Source: Spartobacteria bacterium (GTDB taxonomy: Bacteria; Verrucomicrobiota; Verrucomicrobiia; Chthoniobacterales; UBA10450). Taken from it: DNA of 64,000 nt. The position numbers and the translations under genes are program-made. A model generated the notes under the pieces. That model saw nothing but the letters and a program-made list of their open reading frames with translations. It was not told the DNA's origin and did no database searches. How positions within the stretch are numbered: position 1 is the stretch's first letter; each line of letters starts with the position of its first letter. The stretch lies in NCBI GenBank assembly GCA_003169695.1, contig PNAS01000027.1:40488-104487 (forward strand), given 5' to 3'. Positions 1-9,250 of this stretch are shown piece after piece.

Positions 1-726
1 ATGGAGGTCGGCCACGTCGGTGTGACCGAAGGTTACACCTATGCGAACGTCGATTCGGTAAACATTACCGTGCGCGGCCTGGGTGGACACGGCGCATATC
101 CACACAAGACCAAAGACCCGATTGTGGTTTCAGCGGAAATCGTCCTCGCATTGCAAACCATCGTCAGCCGCGAAAATAATCCGCTTGATCCGGTGGTGGT
201 GACGGTCGGCTCGATTCATGGCGGGACGAAGCACAACATCATTCCCGACGAAGTGAAAATGCAGCTCACCGTGCGCACCTACAAAACCGAGGTGCGCGAA
301 CGCACGCTGGCAGCGATCGAGCGCATCGCCAAGGGGATCGCAGCGACGGCCGGGATTCCGCCAGAGAGCGCGCCGATTGTCGAGGTCCTAAAAAATGAAT
401 TCACGCCAGCGACTTACAACAATCCGGAACTGACGAAGCGGCTCGTGGCCGTTTGGAAGAAGACGTTAGGCGCGGAGAACGTCGAAGCGACCGATCCCAC
501 CATGGGCGGTGAAGATTTTTCCGAATACAGCCTGCCCGATCATTCCGTTCCGGCGGTTGACTTTCACGTCGGCGCGGTCGATCCCGCGAAAATTGCCGAG
601 AGCAAGAGAACCGGTGTGCCATTGCCGAGTTTGCACTCGAGTAAGTTTGCTCCGGTGCCGGAGCCAACTATTCGCACAGGGTTGATCGGGATGATCAGCG
701 CTGTGCTGGACGTGATGAAGAAATAA
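1..726 (+). CDS. M20 family amidohydrolase (5' end outside window)
   Basis: GGHGAYPH, GGTKHNIIPD, MGGEDF and LHSSKF motifs typical of M20D amidohydrolases. Confidence 0.9.
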   Translation: MEVGHVGVTEGYTYANVDSVNITVRGLGGHGAYPHKTKDPIVVSAEIVLALQTIVSRENNPLDPVVVTVGSIHGGTKHNIIPDEVKMQLTVRTYKTEVRERTLAAIERIAKGIAATAGIPPESAPIVEVLKNEFTPATYNNPELTKRLVAVWKKTLGAENVEATDPTMGGEDFSEYSLPDHSVPAVDFHVGAVDPAKIAESKRTGVPLPSLHSSKFAPVPEPTIRTGLIGMISAVLDVMKK

Positions 727-730
727 TCAA

Positions 731-827
731 GTAGGGATGGCTCTCCGAGCCGTCCGTCGAATTGCCTCTCTTTTTTCCGCATGGCTCACACCAAAACAAG
801 TCGGACGTTTCGGAGAAACGTCCCTAC
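731..827. repeat. GTAG-type REP doublet (REPIN-like) between convergent genes
   Basis: GTAGGGATGGCTC-TCC-GAGCCGTCCG (731-756) and an inverted copy reading GTAGGGACGTTTC-TCC-GAAACGTCCG on the minus strand (802-827); each is GTAG plus a hairpin. Confidence 0.8.
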
Positions 828-830
828 CTG

Positions 831-2255
831 TTACTTCACCCGAACGTTCTTGCGAAGAAACGTCGGGATGTCGAGATCCTGGCCTTCCACGATGGTCGGC
901 TCGCTTTTCTCAAACCGACCGCGTGTCACCGGCTCGAATTGCAGCACTTCTTGTTTCGCATGAAGCTTTTTCTCCTCGACCGGTCTCGGTTCCTTAAACG
1001 GAGCCGGCTTCTTTTTGGGGAGGATCACGCGCGGCTGTGGCGGCGCCTCTTCGATCACCCGTTCCTCCGGCACATATGCAATCGGAGTCGGCTCACCCTC
1101 AATCTCGACGGCAGGTTCTTCCATTTGAATCAACTCATCCGCAAGTACCGGCGACTCGGAGGCTGCGGCCGCCGGCTCTTCGCGTTGTTCCCAGATCGGC
1201 GGAGCTGGCTCGTACTTCGGGACCGGTTCGGGCTCGAGGAAGTTCGCCGGTTTTGCGGGCGCGGGGGACACTTCTTCCTCAGTCGCAAGTGAGCTGATCA
1301 ACGTCACGCTCAACCGATTTCCCATCCGTCCGTCGACCGACGTACCAAAAAGGATCTGCGTGTGATCGTTGATATGCCGGCCGAGTTCCTGCATCAGAAT
1401 CTCGACTTCAGAAAGCGTCATCGCGGGCCCACCTGCGACCTGGACCAGAACGTGGGACGCATCGGCGAGCATGCGGCCGCGATCCATCAGCGGGTTTTTC
1501 AATGCCTGCGTTAGCGCATCATGCGCGCGATTATCGGAATCCGATTCACCGAAGCCGAACAGACATCGACCGCTCGGGCTGCGGAGAGCGGAGAGCAGAT
1601 CGTCGAAGCCGATTCGAATGAGGCCGGGGCGCTGGATCAAGTTCACAATCGAGCGGACGCTCTGGCTGATCATGAGATCGGCCACCGCGAACGCCTGATG
1701 AATTCCCGCTTTCGGCGCGACCATGTCGCCCATGCGATCGTTCTCGAAACAGATGACGGCGTCGGCATTTTCGCGCAATTTTGCGAGGGCTTCCTGCGCT
1801 TGGGCCAGGCGACGTTTGCCTTCGAAAGCGAACGGCAAGGTCGCAAAAACCACGACAAGTGAGCCCAATTCGCGCGCGACCTGCGCGACCGCCGGCGCGG
1901 CCCCCGAGCCCGTCCCGCCACCCAGGCCGGTACAAACAAAAATCATTCTCGCGTCCGTAAGCGCCTGCCGGATTTCATCCGCGGATTCGTAAGCGGCATT
2001 GTAGCCGAGCTCAGGATCGCCACCGGCTCCGAGGCCACGCGTAACGGTTCGTCCAAGCTGGACTTTGTGTGCAGCGACGGAACTGGCGAGGGATTGGACA
2101 TCGGTGTTGATTGCGATGAGGTCGGCCTTGCTCAAGCCATCGAGCACGATCCGATCAAGGACATTCGAGCCGGCGCCGCCGACGCCGACGATCTTGATGG
2201 GAATTTCCTCCTCTGCCCTTTCCGGCAGGCTGTAATTGCGACTGAGTTGGATCAT
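831..2255 (-). CDS. ftsZ: Cell division GTPase FtsZ
   Basis: VGVGGAG, NTD, GLGAGG, GGGTGSG signature and C-terminal DLDIPTFLR. Start placed at ATG 2255 (MIQLSRN) because the longer ORF overlaps ftsA and a REP. Confidence 0.95.
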   Translation of the reverse strand: MIQLSRNYSLPERAEEEIPIKIVGVGGAGSNVLDRIVLDGLSKADLIAINTDVQSLASSVAAHKVQLGRTVTRGLGAGGDPELGYNAAYESADEIRQALTDARMIFVCTGLGGGTGSGAAPAVAQVARELGSLVVVFATLPFAFEGKRRLAQAQEALAKLRENADAVICFENDRMGDMVAPKAGIHQAFAVADLMISQSVRSIVNLIQRPGLIRIGFDDLLSALRSPSGRCLFGFGESDSDNRAHDALTQALKNPLMDRGRMLADASHVLVQVAGGPAMTLSEVEILMQELGRHINDHTQILFGTSVDGRMGNRLSVTLISSLATEEEVSPAPAKPANFLEPEPVPKYEPAPPIWEQREEPAAAASESPVLADELIQMEEPAVEIEGEPTPIAYVPEERVIEEAPPQPRVILPKKKPAPFKEPRPVEEKKLHAKQEVLQFEPVTRGRFEKSEPTIVEGQDLDIPTFLRKNVRVK

Positions 2256-2272
2256 AGGCGTGCTGCTTGCGT

Positions 2273-2331
2273 TTGTAGGGCGTTTCTGTGAAACGCCGCT
2301 GCATGTGGCGTCTGACACAGACGCCCTACAA
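2273..2331. repeat. GTAG-type REP doublet between ftsA and ftsZ
   Basis: TTGTAG-GGCGTTTC-TGT-GAAACGCC and inverted TTGTAG-GGCGTCTG-TGT-CAGACGCC; both stems are perfect 8 bp. Confidence 0.85.
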
Positions 2332-2352
2332 TTCGTTTTGGAATGCCCCGCG

Positions 2353-3567
2353 TCATGAGCGCATCCCGTTGAAAATTTTTCCGAACAAGCGGCCGAAGCC
2401 GCCACGCGGGCGACGATCGACCTGGACCGCTTGCGCATATTTGATCAATCCGATCGCGGCGGAGAACTGCGGGTTCTCAAAAGCGGAGGTCAGACCAGAC
2501 ATAGTTTGCGCGTGAGCGACGCGTGCCGGCAATTCAAAGATGTCCTCCGCAAGATGGTCGATGCCATTCAAATGGCTGCATCCGCCGGTGATGAAAATGC
2601 CTTCGCCGATATAGTTGATGAACGGTTCTTCTTCCAGTTTCCGCTTCAGCAGCTCGAACGTTTCGCGCAGCCGCAAATGAATGATCGTGTTGAGCGTTTC
2701 GCGTTCGATCTCCTTTCCGGCAAATCCGGAGTCATCCTTTAGCAAGACCGTATCGCCCGGCAAACAATTGCCCAGAGTGACGCTGCCCTCCTCGATCTTT
2801 AATTTCTCCGCGCGCGTCATCGGAATGCGCAGGCCCATCGAGATATCGTTCGTGATGTGATCGCCGCCGACGCCGAGGACGCCGCTTTGTTTGACTGCGC
2901 CGTCCACATATAGAATGTAATCCGTCGTGCCGCCGCCGATATCGATCACGAGCGCGCCGAGATTTTTTTGATGCTGCGTGAGCACGATCTGCGCTGAAGC
3001 GAGCGCGGTGAAGACAACGTCCTCCACTTCCAGCGGCAACTCTTTCACGCAACGGATCGTGTTCTGGATGCGCGTGCGCACACCGTGGATAATGTGAAAA
3101 TCCGCTTCGAGTTTTTGTCCGAGCATGCCCACGGGGTTGAGGACGCCGTCCTGCCCGTCGACGTGATAATGCTGGATGATGGAATGGAGAAAGGCGTTTT
3201 GCGCGGGAATGCTCACTTCGCGCGCGTTGATCTTCACGTCCTCGATGTCCTGCTCGTCCATTTCGTCGCGATCTTCGGGCAGCGTCACGCAACCACGATT
3301 GTTGAAGCTTTGAATGTGCGAACCGGCGACGCCGACATAAACGCTGCGGATCATGACATCGCTTTTTGTCTCTGCGTCCACCACCGCCTCGTGCACGCAC
3401 TTCATGGCGGTTTCGAAATCGACGATCTCGCCTTTACGCACGCCGCGCGACGGAGCCTGGCCCACGCCAAGAATCTTGATCGTGCCATCGGGGCGGCCTT
3501 CGCCCACGACGACGCAAATCTTCGATGTGCCAATTTCGAGACCAACCATGAGATCACTGCTTGCCAT
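2353..3567 (-). CDS. ftsA: Cell division protein FtsA
   Basis: GLEIGTSKI, VIDIGGGTTD, GGDHITNDI and ITGG actin-fold motifs; position upstream of ftsZ. Confidence 0.96.
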   Translation of the reverse strand: MASSDLMVGLEIGTSKICVVVGEGRPDGTIKILGVGQAPSRGVRKGEIVDFETAMKCVHEAVVDAETKSDVMIRSVYVGVAGSHIQSFNNRGCVTLPEDRDEMDEQDIEDVKINAREVSIPAQNAFLHSIIQHYHVDGQDGVLNPVGMLGQKLEADFHIIHGVRTRIQNTIRCVKELPLEVEDVVFTALASAQIVLTQHQKNLGALVIDIGGGTTDYILYVDGAVKQSGVLGVGGDHITNDISMGLRIPMTRAEKLKIEEGSVTLGNCLPGDTVLLKDDSGFAGKEIERETLNTIIHLRLRETFELLKRKLEEEPFINYIGEGIFITGGCSHLNGIDHLAEDIFELPARVAHAQTMSGLTSAFENPQFSAAIGLIKYAQAVQVDRRPRGGFGRLFGKIFNGMRS

Positions 3568-3572
3568 TTCGC

Positions 3573-4655
3573 TTAATCCTTTCTGTCACGCCGGACGGGA
3601 ATTGCCTTGCGCACCGGCGGTGGCGACGCACGCGCGCGCGACTTCGCTGACACGGGCGGAGGTTCTGCTTTTGCCAAAGGCTGAACCGGAATCGCCTTGA
3701 GAATTCTCGGCTCCGAACCTTCCGGGTCGATCGTTTCGTTGATTACTTCCGAGGGCAATTTCGTAAAGGTCACGGGGATGTTTCGCTGCACCAGAAGGTT
3801 CACTGTCTCGAGCTCGCGCTTCGAATCGTCGGAATAAACGAGAAACTGCTCGAGTCGCTGCAATTGTGTGTCGAGATTATCGAAGCCGAAGGTCACGCGC
3901 GTGTGGTTCTTGTCCGAAACGAGCAGACAGTAACCCTTCGAAACATCGATCTCGCGAATCTGAAAGCGCGTTTGCATGAAGCTGCGCGTGCTCAGACGCA
4001 GGAGCTCGAGCGCCGCCTTCGCTTCGGACGACTCGACGATTTTGCCCGCCTCGAGCGACTCGCTCGTGCATCCCGCGATCAGCGGCAGGCCGAGATATTC
4101 AGGCAACAATCTCTTTTCTTTCATGAGAACACCGCGCGCGTCCACTAGAAAAGCGACATCGGACACAAACGGATCGGCGATTTGTTTGTCGGAAGTGATC
4201 CAGGCTATCGGCTTGCGCTCGACCAGGCGAATGTCGATTTCTCCCGGCATCTTCCGCATCACCTGCACGTCATCCACCTGCGGCAACTGCTGCAGGCGAT
4301 CGTGTACAAGCGCGAGGTTTATCCCGAAAATATTTTCGCCCTCGCGCAGGCCGGCGGCTTTCAAAATCTGATCGCGCTGCAAGGTTCCATCGGTCTGCAC
4401 TTCAATTTGGCTCAGTTGGTAGTCCGGGTTTTCGAAGAACAGACGCTTCGCTCCCAGCTGGACGCCAAAATAGACGCCGGTGCAAATGCCCGCGGCAAGC
4501 ACGACCTTCGAAACGATGACCAGAACGCGGCGATTGCGATACTGCGTCGCCTTATGGGATCGGACCCTGACATCGAGAAGATGTTGCTGGCGGCGCTGCC
4601 GTGGATTCGAAACGCGCTCGTTTCGCGCGCGCGGGCGTTGATTCGTCGCTTTCAT
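3573..4655 (-). CDS. ftsQ: Cell division protein FtsQ/DivIB (POTRA domain)
   Basis: Basic N-terminus, single TM, POTRA-like segment ending ERKPIA; between ddl and ftsA; start at 4655 overlaps the ddl stop (ATGA). Confidence 0.85.
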   Translation of the reverse strand: MKATNQRPRARNERVSNPRQRRQQHLLDVRVRSHKATQYRNRRVLVIVSKVVLAAGICTGVYFGVQLGAKRLFFENPDYQLSQIEVQTDGTLQRDQILKAAGLREGENIFGINLALVHDRLQQLPQVDDVQVMRKMPGEIDIRLVERKPIAWITSDKQIADPFVSDVAFLVDARGVLMKEKRLLPEYLGLPLIAGCTSESLEAGKIVESSEAKAALELLRLSTRSFMQTRFQIREIDVSKGYCLLVSDKNHTRVTFGFDNLDTQLQRLEQFLVYSDDSKRELETVNLLVQRNIPVTFTKLPSEVINETIDPEGSEPRILKAIPVQPLAKAEPPPVSAKSRARASPPPVRKAIPVRRDRKD

Positions 4656-5578
4656 CGGTCTGACCTGGGTCTCCGCCGCGAAAGGTCGATAATCCGCGCG
4701 CACAATTCCGCGTAGCCGATGCCGGCGGCGGCCGCTGCCTCAGGCAGCAAACTCGCCTCCGTCATCCCTGGAATCGTGTTCACCTCAAGAACAGCCGGCT
4801 CGCCCTCTTCGGGTAACATGATATCCACCCGCGAATAAACCTGCAGCCCAAGCGAGCGATGCGCTCGCAAAGCGAGATCTTGAATCGCGCGCGTTCGGTC
4901 CTCTGGAATTTTCGCCGGACAAACATGTTCGGCGCCGCCACCCGCGCTCGGATTCAGAAACGGATACTTGTTCGTGAAATCGTAAAAGCCGCCCTTCGGG
5001 ATAATTTCCAAAATCGGCAACGCCTGCTCACCAAGAATGCCGATGGTCAACTCGCGACCTGGAACAAACTTCTCGATCAGGAGTTCACGATCGTATTTGC
5101 CAGCATCCAAAATCGCCGCATCAATTTCCCGTTCATTCTTAATGATATGCACCCCGACCGTCGAACCCTGCCGGGGCGCTTTGATGACGAACGGAATGGG
5201 AATCGTCGGACGTTGGCCAATTGTCACGATCTGCCAATACGGCGTGGCAACACCATGCTGACGAAACGCCTCCTTGGAGCGAATCTTATCAAAAGCCAGC
5301 TCACTTTCCGCAACCCCGTCTCCGGTGTAGGCGACGCCGCGATGCTCCAGAATTCTTTGCACCTGTCCGTCTTCACCAAACGTTCCGTGCAGCGCGATGA
5401 AAGCGAGGTCGATGCCGTGCGGCAATTCGAAGTCCGGACCTTTGACGTCGACCTCCGCCACCTCGGCGCCTAACGAGCGTAAAGCTTTGGCGACTCCGTT
5501 GCCCGTGGCAAAGGAAACATCCCGCTCTGAGCCAGGTCCGCCCATCAGCACGGCGATCTTTTTCACGCGGAGTTTCAT
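4652..5578 (-). CDS. ddl: D-alanine--D-alanine ligase
   Basis: GGPGSERDVS, LHGTFGEDG, QGSTVG and LEVNTIPGMT motifs. Confidence 0.96.
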   Translation of the reverse strand: MKLRVKKIAVLMGGPGSERDVSFATGNGVAKALRSLGAEVAEVDVKGPDFELPHGIDLAFIALHGTFGEDGQVQRILEHRGVAYTGDGVAESELAFDKIRSKEAFRQHGVATPYWQIVTIGQRPTIPIPFVIKAPRQGSTVGVHIIKNEREIDAAILDAGKYDRELLIEKFVPGRELTIGILGEQALPILEIIPKGGFYDFTNKYPFLNPSAGGGAEHVCPAKIPEDRTRAIQDLALRAHRSLGLQVYSRVDIMLPEEGEPAVLEVNTIPGMTEASLLPEAAAAAGIGYAELCARIIDLSRRRPRSDR

Positions 5579-5591
5579 GTCACGACGCGCT

Positions 5592-5750
5592 TGGGGAGCG
5601 CGGGCCTCCAGCCCGTTCCCGCCGACATCCTGCCGGCGGGCTGTGCTAACGCGATAATTGGTTCGCCCTGCGAAAAGGCAGGGCGTGCCAGCGAAATTCC
5701 GATGCCCGGCAGAATGCCCCGCCCTGCGGGATGGAAGCCCGCGGTCCCCA
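5592..5750. repeat. Non-GTAG palindromic intergenic element with ~24-bp imperfect terminal inverted repeats
   Basis: TGGGGAGCGCGGGCCTCCAGCCCG (5592-5615) versus reverse complement of 5727-5750, TGGGGACCGCGGGCTTCCATCCCG; inner GACATCCTGCCGG / CCGGCAGAATGCC pair. Confidence 0.7.
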
Positions 5751-5786
5751 TCCGCTCATCTACGTGTTGCGACAAATGGAATGCGA

Positions 5787-8084
5787 TCACGCTGGTTCTC
5801 CGACAATTTGCACTTCGGTCTCCAATTCAACTCCACGTTGCGTACGCGCGACGTGCTTGATTCTTTCGATCAGCTCGAGCACTTCTGCCGCCGTAGCGCC
5901 GCCTTCATTGATAATAAAGTTCCCGTGCACTTCGGAAACACGAGCGTGACCGACTCGCGAATTCTTCAGCCCAAGTTCGTCGACCAGTTTGCCCGCGGGG
6001 CCACTCTTCGGATTCTTGAAAATGCAGCCCGCGCTCTTCGCGCTCGGTTGTGTTGTCCGACGTTTCTCCTGCGAATCGTCCAGGCGTCGAGTGATTTCCT
6101 CCGGCGCTGAAGGTGCTCCGCTAAACACTGCGGAAACCGCAAAATTATGGTCCAATGAGGGGACGTGACGGTAATTAATCTCGAGCTCCGCCGGGGTTTT
6201 CGTATGCGCATTTCCCTCGCCATCCAGGTATCGAACGCGCACGACGTTCTCAAAAGTTTGAGCGCCCATGGCGCCAGCATTCATTCGCAAGCCGCCGCCA
6301 ACCGCGCCCGGAATTCCCTCCATCCATTCAAGACCGCCGAGACCGGCGGCCTTGCCTGCATAAGCGACTTGCTTGAGTTTGGCGCCGACTCCCGCCGTAA
6401 TTTCGTTTCCGGAAACGTCCACCTTGTCGAACTCACCGCCGCACGGATGAACCACCACGCCGCGGATCCCCCCATCGCGGACGAGCAAGTTTGATCCTCG
6501 GCCAATGACGAAAAGCGGAAGATTTTCGCGACGGCAATAGCGGATCAAGTCGGCGAACGCAGCTTCGTTACGCGGCTCGACCCAAAACTGCGCGGGGCCG
6601 CCCACACGTAGCGTCGTGTGCTTCGCGAGCGGCTCATAAAGAAGCACGTCGCCTTCTTCACCGACAATCTCCTTCAACCGTTCAGCGATGACCAAATCGG
6701 CAGCGAGAATCGAAAGCTGCTCATGGATATTGCCAGCCCCAAGGCTCAAAATCAGATCGCCCGAAGCGATCATATTTCCGACATCGCAATGGAGACGATC
6801 CAGCCGCGGCTGGTAAGTGACGCCGCGATGGCCGTGCGCAATAATCTCATCGGCGATCGTCTGTCCGCTGATGCCGGGAAGCGGCGCTTCGCTGGCAGGG
6901 TAAATGTCGGTCACGACGACGCAATCGGCATTATCGAAGGCGCGCCCGAACTCGCGCCGCAGTGCCTTGGTGCGCGAATATCGATGCGGCTGAAACATAG
7001 TGAGAACGCGATTGCGCCCGGCCGATTTCGCGGTCGCGAGCGTCGCGCGAATCTCGGTGGGATGATGCGCGTAATCATCCACGAGCAAAAAGCGATCGCT
7101 CTCGTACTTTATTTCAAAACGCCGCCTGGCGTGCTCGAAGCGGCGCAGTGAAGCGACGATCTTCGCAAAGGGTATTCCCAGCTCTGTGGCGAGGGCGATC
7201 ACGCCGAGAGAATTACTCACGTTGTGGCGGCCAGGAACGTTCAGGACGGCTTCGCCTAACTTCTCGCCCCGGCGAAAGACACAGAAGACGGACGCGAAAT
7301 CCTGAAGATCGATATCAGTCCCGCGATAATCCGCATCCGGTGCAAAACCGAAGGAGATGGAACGCGGGCGTGCACCACAAATTCTCCCGGCGTGCGGATC
7401 ATCCGCACAATAAAAAACCGATCCAGATGTCTGATCGAGCAGTTGTGAAAACACGCCTTCGATCGCGGCGAGGTCCGGGTAAAAATCGAGATGCTCTTCC
7501 TCGATGTTTAGAACGAGCGTGTGTTCCGGCTTGAAAAACCGCAGCGTCCCATCGCTCTCGTCGCCTTCCGCCACGAAATACTCGCCGCGTGGATCCCAAT
7601 GCGCGTTCGAACCGAGCAGCGGAATTTCCGCCCCAACATAGTGCGACGGATGCAACCCTCCTTCGCGCAAAACATGCGCCGTCATGGCCGAAGTCGTCGT
7701 CTTGCCATGCATGCCCGCGATCACGATTCCACGCTTGCCTAACATGATCGCGGCCAGCGCCACGGCGCGGCGGACGAGCTGCTTGCCCATGTCACGCGCG
7801 CTCACCAGGATCGGATTTTCCTCCTTGATCGCCGAAGAAAAAATTACCAGTTCCGCGTTATTCGCATCTTCCGCTCGATGCTGCGCATGGAAGCGGAGTC
7901 CCAACCGCTGCAGGCGATCGGTCTCGAGCGAGCCGACCTTGTCGGAGCCGCTCACGTCGTGTCCGAGCTCGAGCAAAAGCGCCGCGATGCCGCTCATCCC
8001 ACTCCCCGCCACTCCCACCAGGTGAATCCGGTGATGCTCGCGCGTGAGTAGTTGTCGAAGATCGACTTCAGAGGTGAGCGTCAT
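5787..8084 (-). CDS. murC-murB: Fused MurC (UDP-MurNAc--L-Ala ligase) and MurB (UDP-GlcNAc-enolpyruvate reductase)
   Basis: N-terminal GVAGSGMSG, GMHGKTTT, EGDESDG, DDYAHHP (MurC); C-terminal HTTLRVGGPA, GRGSNLL, GIPGAVGG, MNAGA, SAGCIFKNP, HGNFIIN, LETEV (MurB); one continuous ORF. Confidence 0.95.
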   Translation of the reverse strand: MTLTSEVDLRQLLTREHHRIHLVGVAGSGMSGIAALLLELGHDVSGSDKVGSLETDRLQRLGLRFHAQHRAEDANNAELVIFSSAIKEENPILVSARDMGKQLVRRAVALAAIMLGKRGIVIAGMHGKTTTSAMTAHVLREGGLHPSHYVGAEIPLLGSNAHWDPRGEYFVAEGDESDGTLRFFKPEHTLVLNIEEEHLDFYPDLAAIEGVFSQLLDQTSGSVFYCADDPHAGRICGARPRSISFGFAPDADYRGTDIDLQDFASVFCVFRRGEKLGEAVLNVPGRHNVSNSLGVIALATELGIPFAKIVASLRRFEHARRRFEIKYESDRFLLVDDYAHHPTEIRATLATAKSAGRNRVLTMFQPHRYSRTKALRREFGRAFDNADCVVVTDIYPASEAPLPGISGQTIADEIIAHGHRGVTYQPRLDRLHCDVGNMIASGDLILSLGAGNIHEQLSILAADLVIAERLKEIVGEEGDVLLYEPLAKHTTLRVGGPAQFWVEPRNEAAFADLIRYCRRENLPLFVIGRGSNLLVRDGGIRGVVVHPCGGEFDKVDVSGNEITAGVGAKLKQVAYAGKAAGLGGLEWMEGIPGAVGGGLRMNAGAMGAQTFENVVRVRYLDGEGNAHTKTPAELEINYRHVPSLDHNFAVSAVFSGAPSAPEEITRRLDDSQEKRRTTQPSAKSAGCIFKNPKSGPAGKLVDELGLKNSRVGHARVSEVHGNFIINEGGATAAEVLELIERIKHVARTQRGVELETEVQIVGEPA

Positions 8085-9171
8085 GATTGGGTTGCGTATA
8101 TCTTTCCATCGTTTCCACGACGAGGGCGGCTGCGTTTTTTGGCGCCAGCCGCGCGGAATTCTCCGACATGCGAAGCAGTTTGCTCGGGTCGCCGGTTAAC
8201 TCCCGGATTTTCCGTGCGAGCAGATCACCCGCGAGATCGGACTCCTTCAAAATGACGCCGGCATCGGCGCGGACGAAAATCTCGGCGTTTCGCGTTTGGT
8301 GGTCCTCCGCCGCGTAGGGAAAAGGAATCAAGATCGCGGGCAGTGAAAAGGCAGCGAGCTCCGCGAGACTGGCCGCGCCCGAGCGGGCGATCGCGAAATC
8401 CGCGGCGCTATAAACTTCCTCCATAGCGTGATGAAAGGCCGCGACATGGGCCGGGATTTTTTCGCGCTGATAATTGTCGGCGACCAGCCGTTCATCGCGC
8501 GCTCCGGAAAGGTGGATCACCTGGATGGGCGCGCCTTGCAGCTCCGGCAGCGATTTGATCATCGCCTGATTGATGCCGCTCGCGCCCTGGCTTCCGCCCA
8601 TTACCAGGAGCGTAAGCAGATCTTCCCGCAGACCCAGCCGTTGCCTCGCGATCTTTCGATCAAGGCGCTGGAGATCCTTACGGATCGGTGTGCCGGTCAC
8701 CTCCGTGCGCACTTTTGGAAAAAAAGGAGCGCATTCTTTAAACCCAAGCAGAACCGCGCGCACCATTCGTCCAGTGAGCCGGTTCGCCTTTCCGGGAATC
8801 GCATTGGATTCGTGAATGAAAGTCGGAATGCCGCGCATCTTTCCCGCGAGCACCGGCGCAGTGGAGGTGAAACCACCCATCCCGAGGACGACGTGTGGCT
8901 TGAATTTCCGATAGATGCCACGGCAAAGCGAAAGACTTTCGTTGAAGCGGCGCAGGAACCCGAGAATCGCGGGTGAAAAAGGTGAAGGAAGACCAATCGT
9001 TGGCAGTTTATGGAATCGAAAATCGGACCGACCGGAGAGCGCAAGTGCGTCGATCTCCTTTTCGGAAATGAAGATCATCACCTCGTGACCGCGGGCGCGC
9101 AGAACTTCCGCCACCGCGAGACCAGGAAATAGATGTCCGCCCGTTCCTCCGCATGCGATCACGGTGTTCAT
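8068..9171 (-). CDS. murG: Lipid II GlcNAc transferase MurG
   Basis: GGTGGHLFP, HESNAIPGKAN, GGSQGA, RSGAAS and DHQTRNA motifs. Confidence 0.97.
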   Translation of the reverse strand: MNTVIACGGTGGHLFPGLAVAEVLRARGHEVMIFISEKEIDALALSGRSDFRFHKLPTIGLPSPFSPAILGFLRRFNESLSLCRGIYRKFKPHVVLGMGGFTSTAPVLAGKMRGIPTFIHESNAIPGKANRLTGRMVRAVLLGFKECAPFFPKVRTEVTGTPIRKDLQRLDRKIARQRLGLREDLLTLLVMGGSQGASGINQAMIKSLPELQGAPIQVIHLSGARDERLVADNYQREKIPAHVAAFHHAMEEVYSAADFAIARSGAASLAELAAFSLPAILIPFPYAAEDHQTRNAEIFVRADAGVILKESDLAGDLLARKIRELTGDPSKLLRMSENSARLAPKNAAALVVETMERYTQPNHDAHL

Positions 9172-9175
9172 AGCG

Positions 9176-9247
9176 AGATTGCAGATTGGAAAATGGGGGA
9201 TGCAGGTATCTGTCCCAGTCTGAAATCTGAAATCTGAAATCTGAAAT
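9176..9247. repeat. Heptamer tandem repeats: (TCTGAAA)x4 facing degenerate inverted heptamers
   Basis: TCTGAAA x4 at 9219-9246; AGATTGC/AGATTGG/AAAATGG at 9176-9196. Confidence 0.7.
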
Positions 9248-9250
9248 GAC

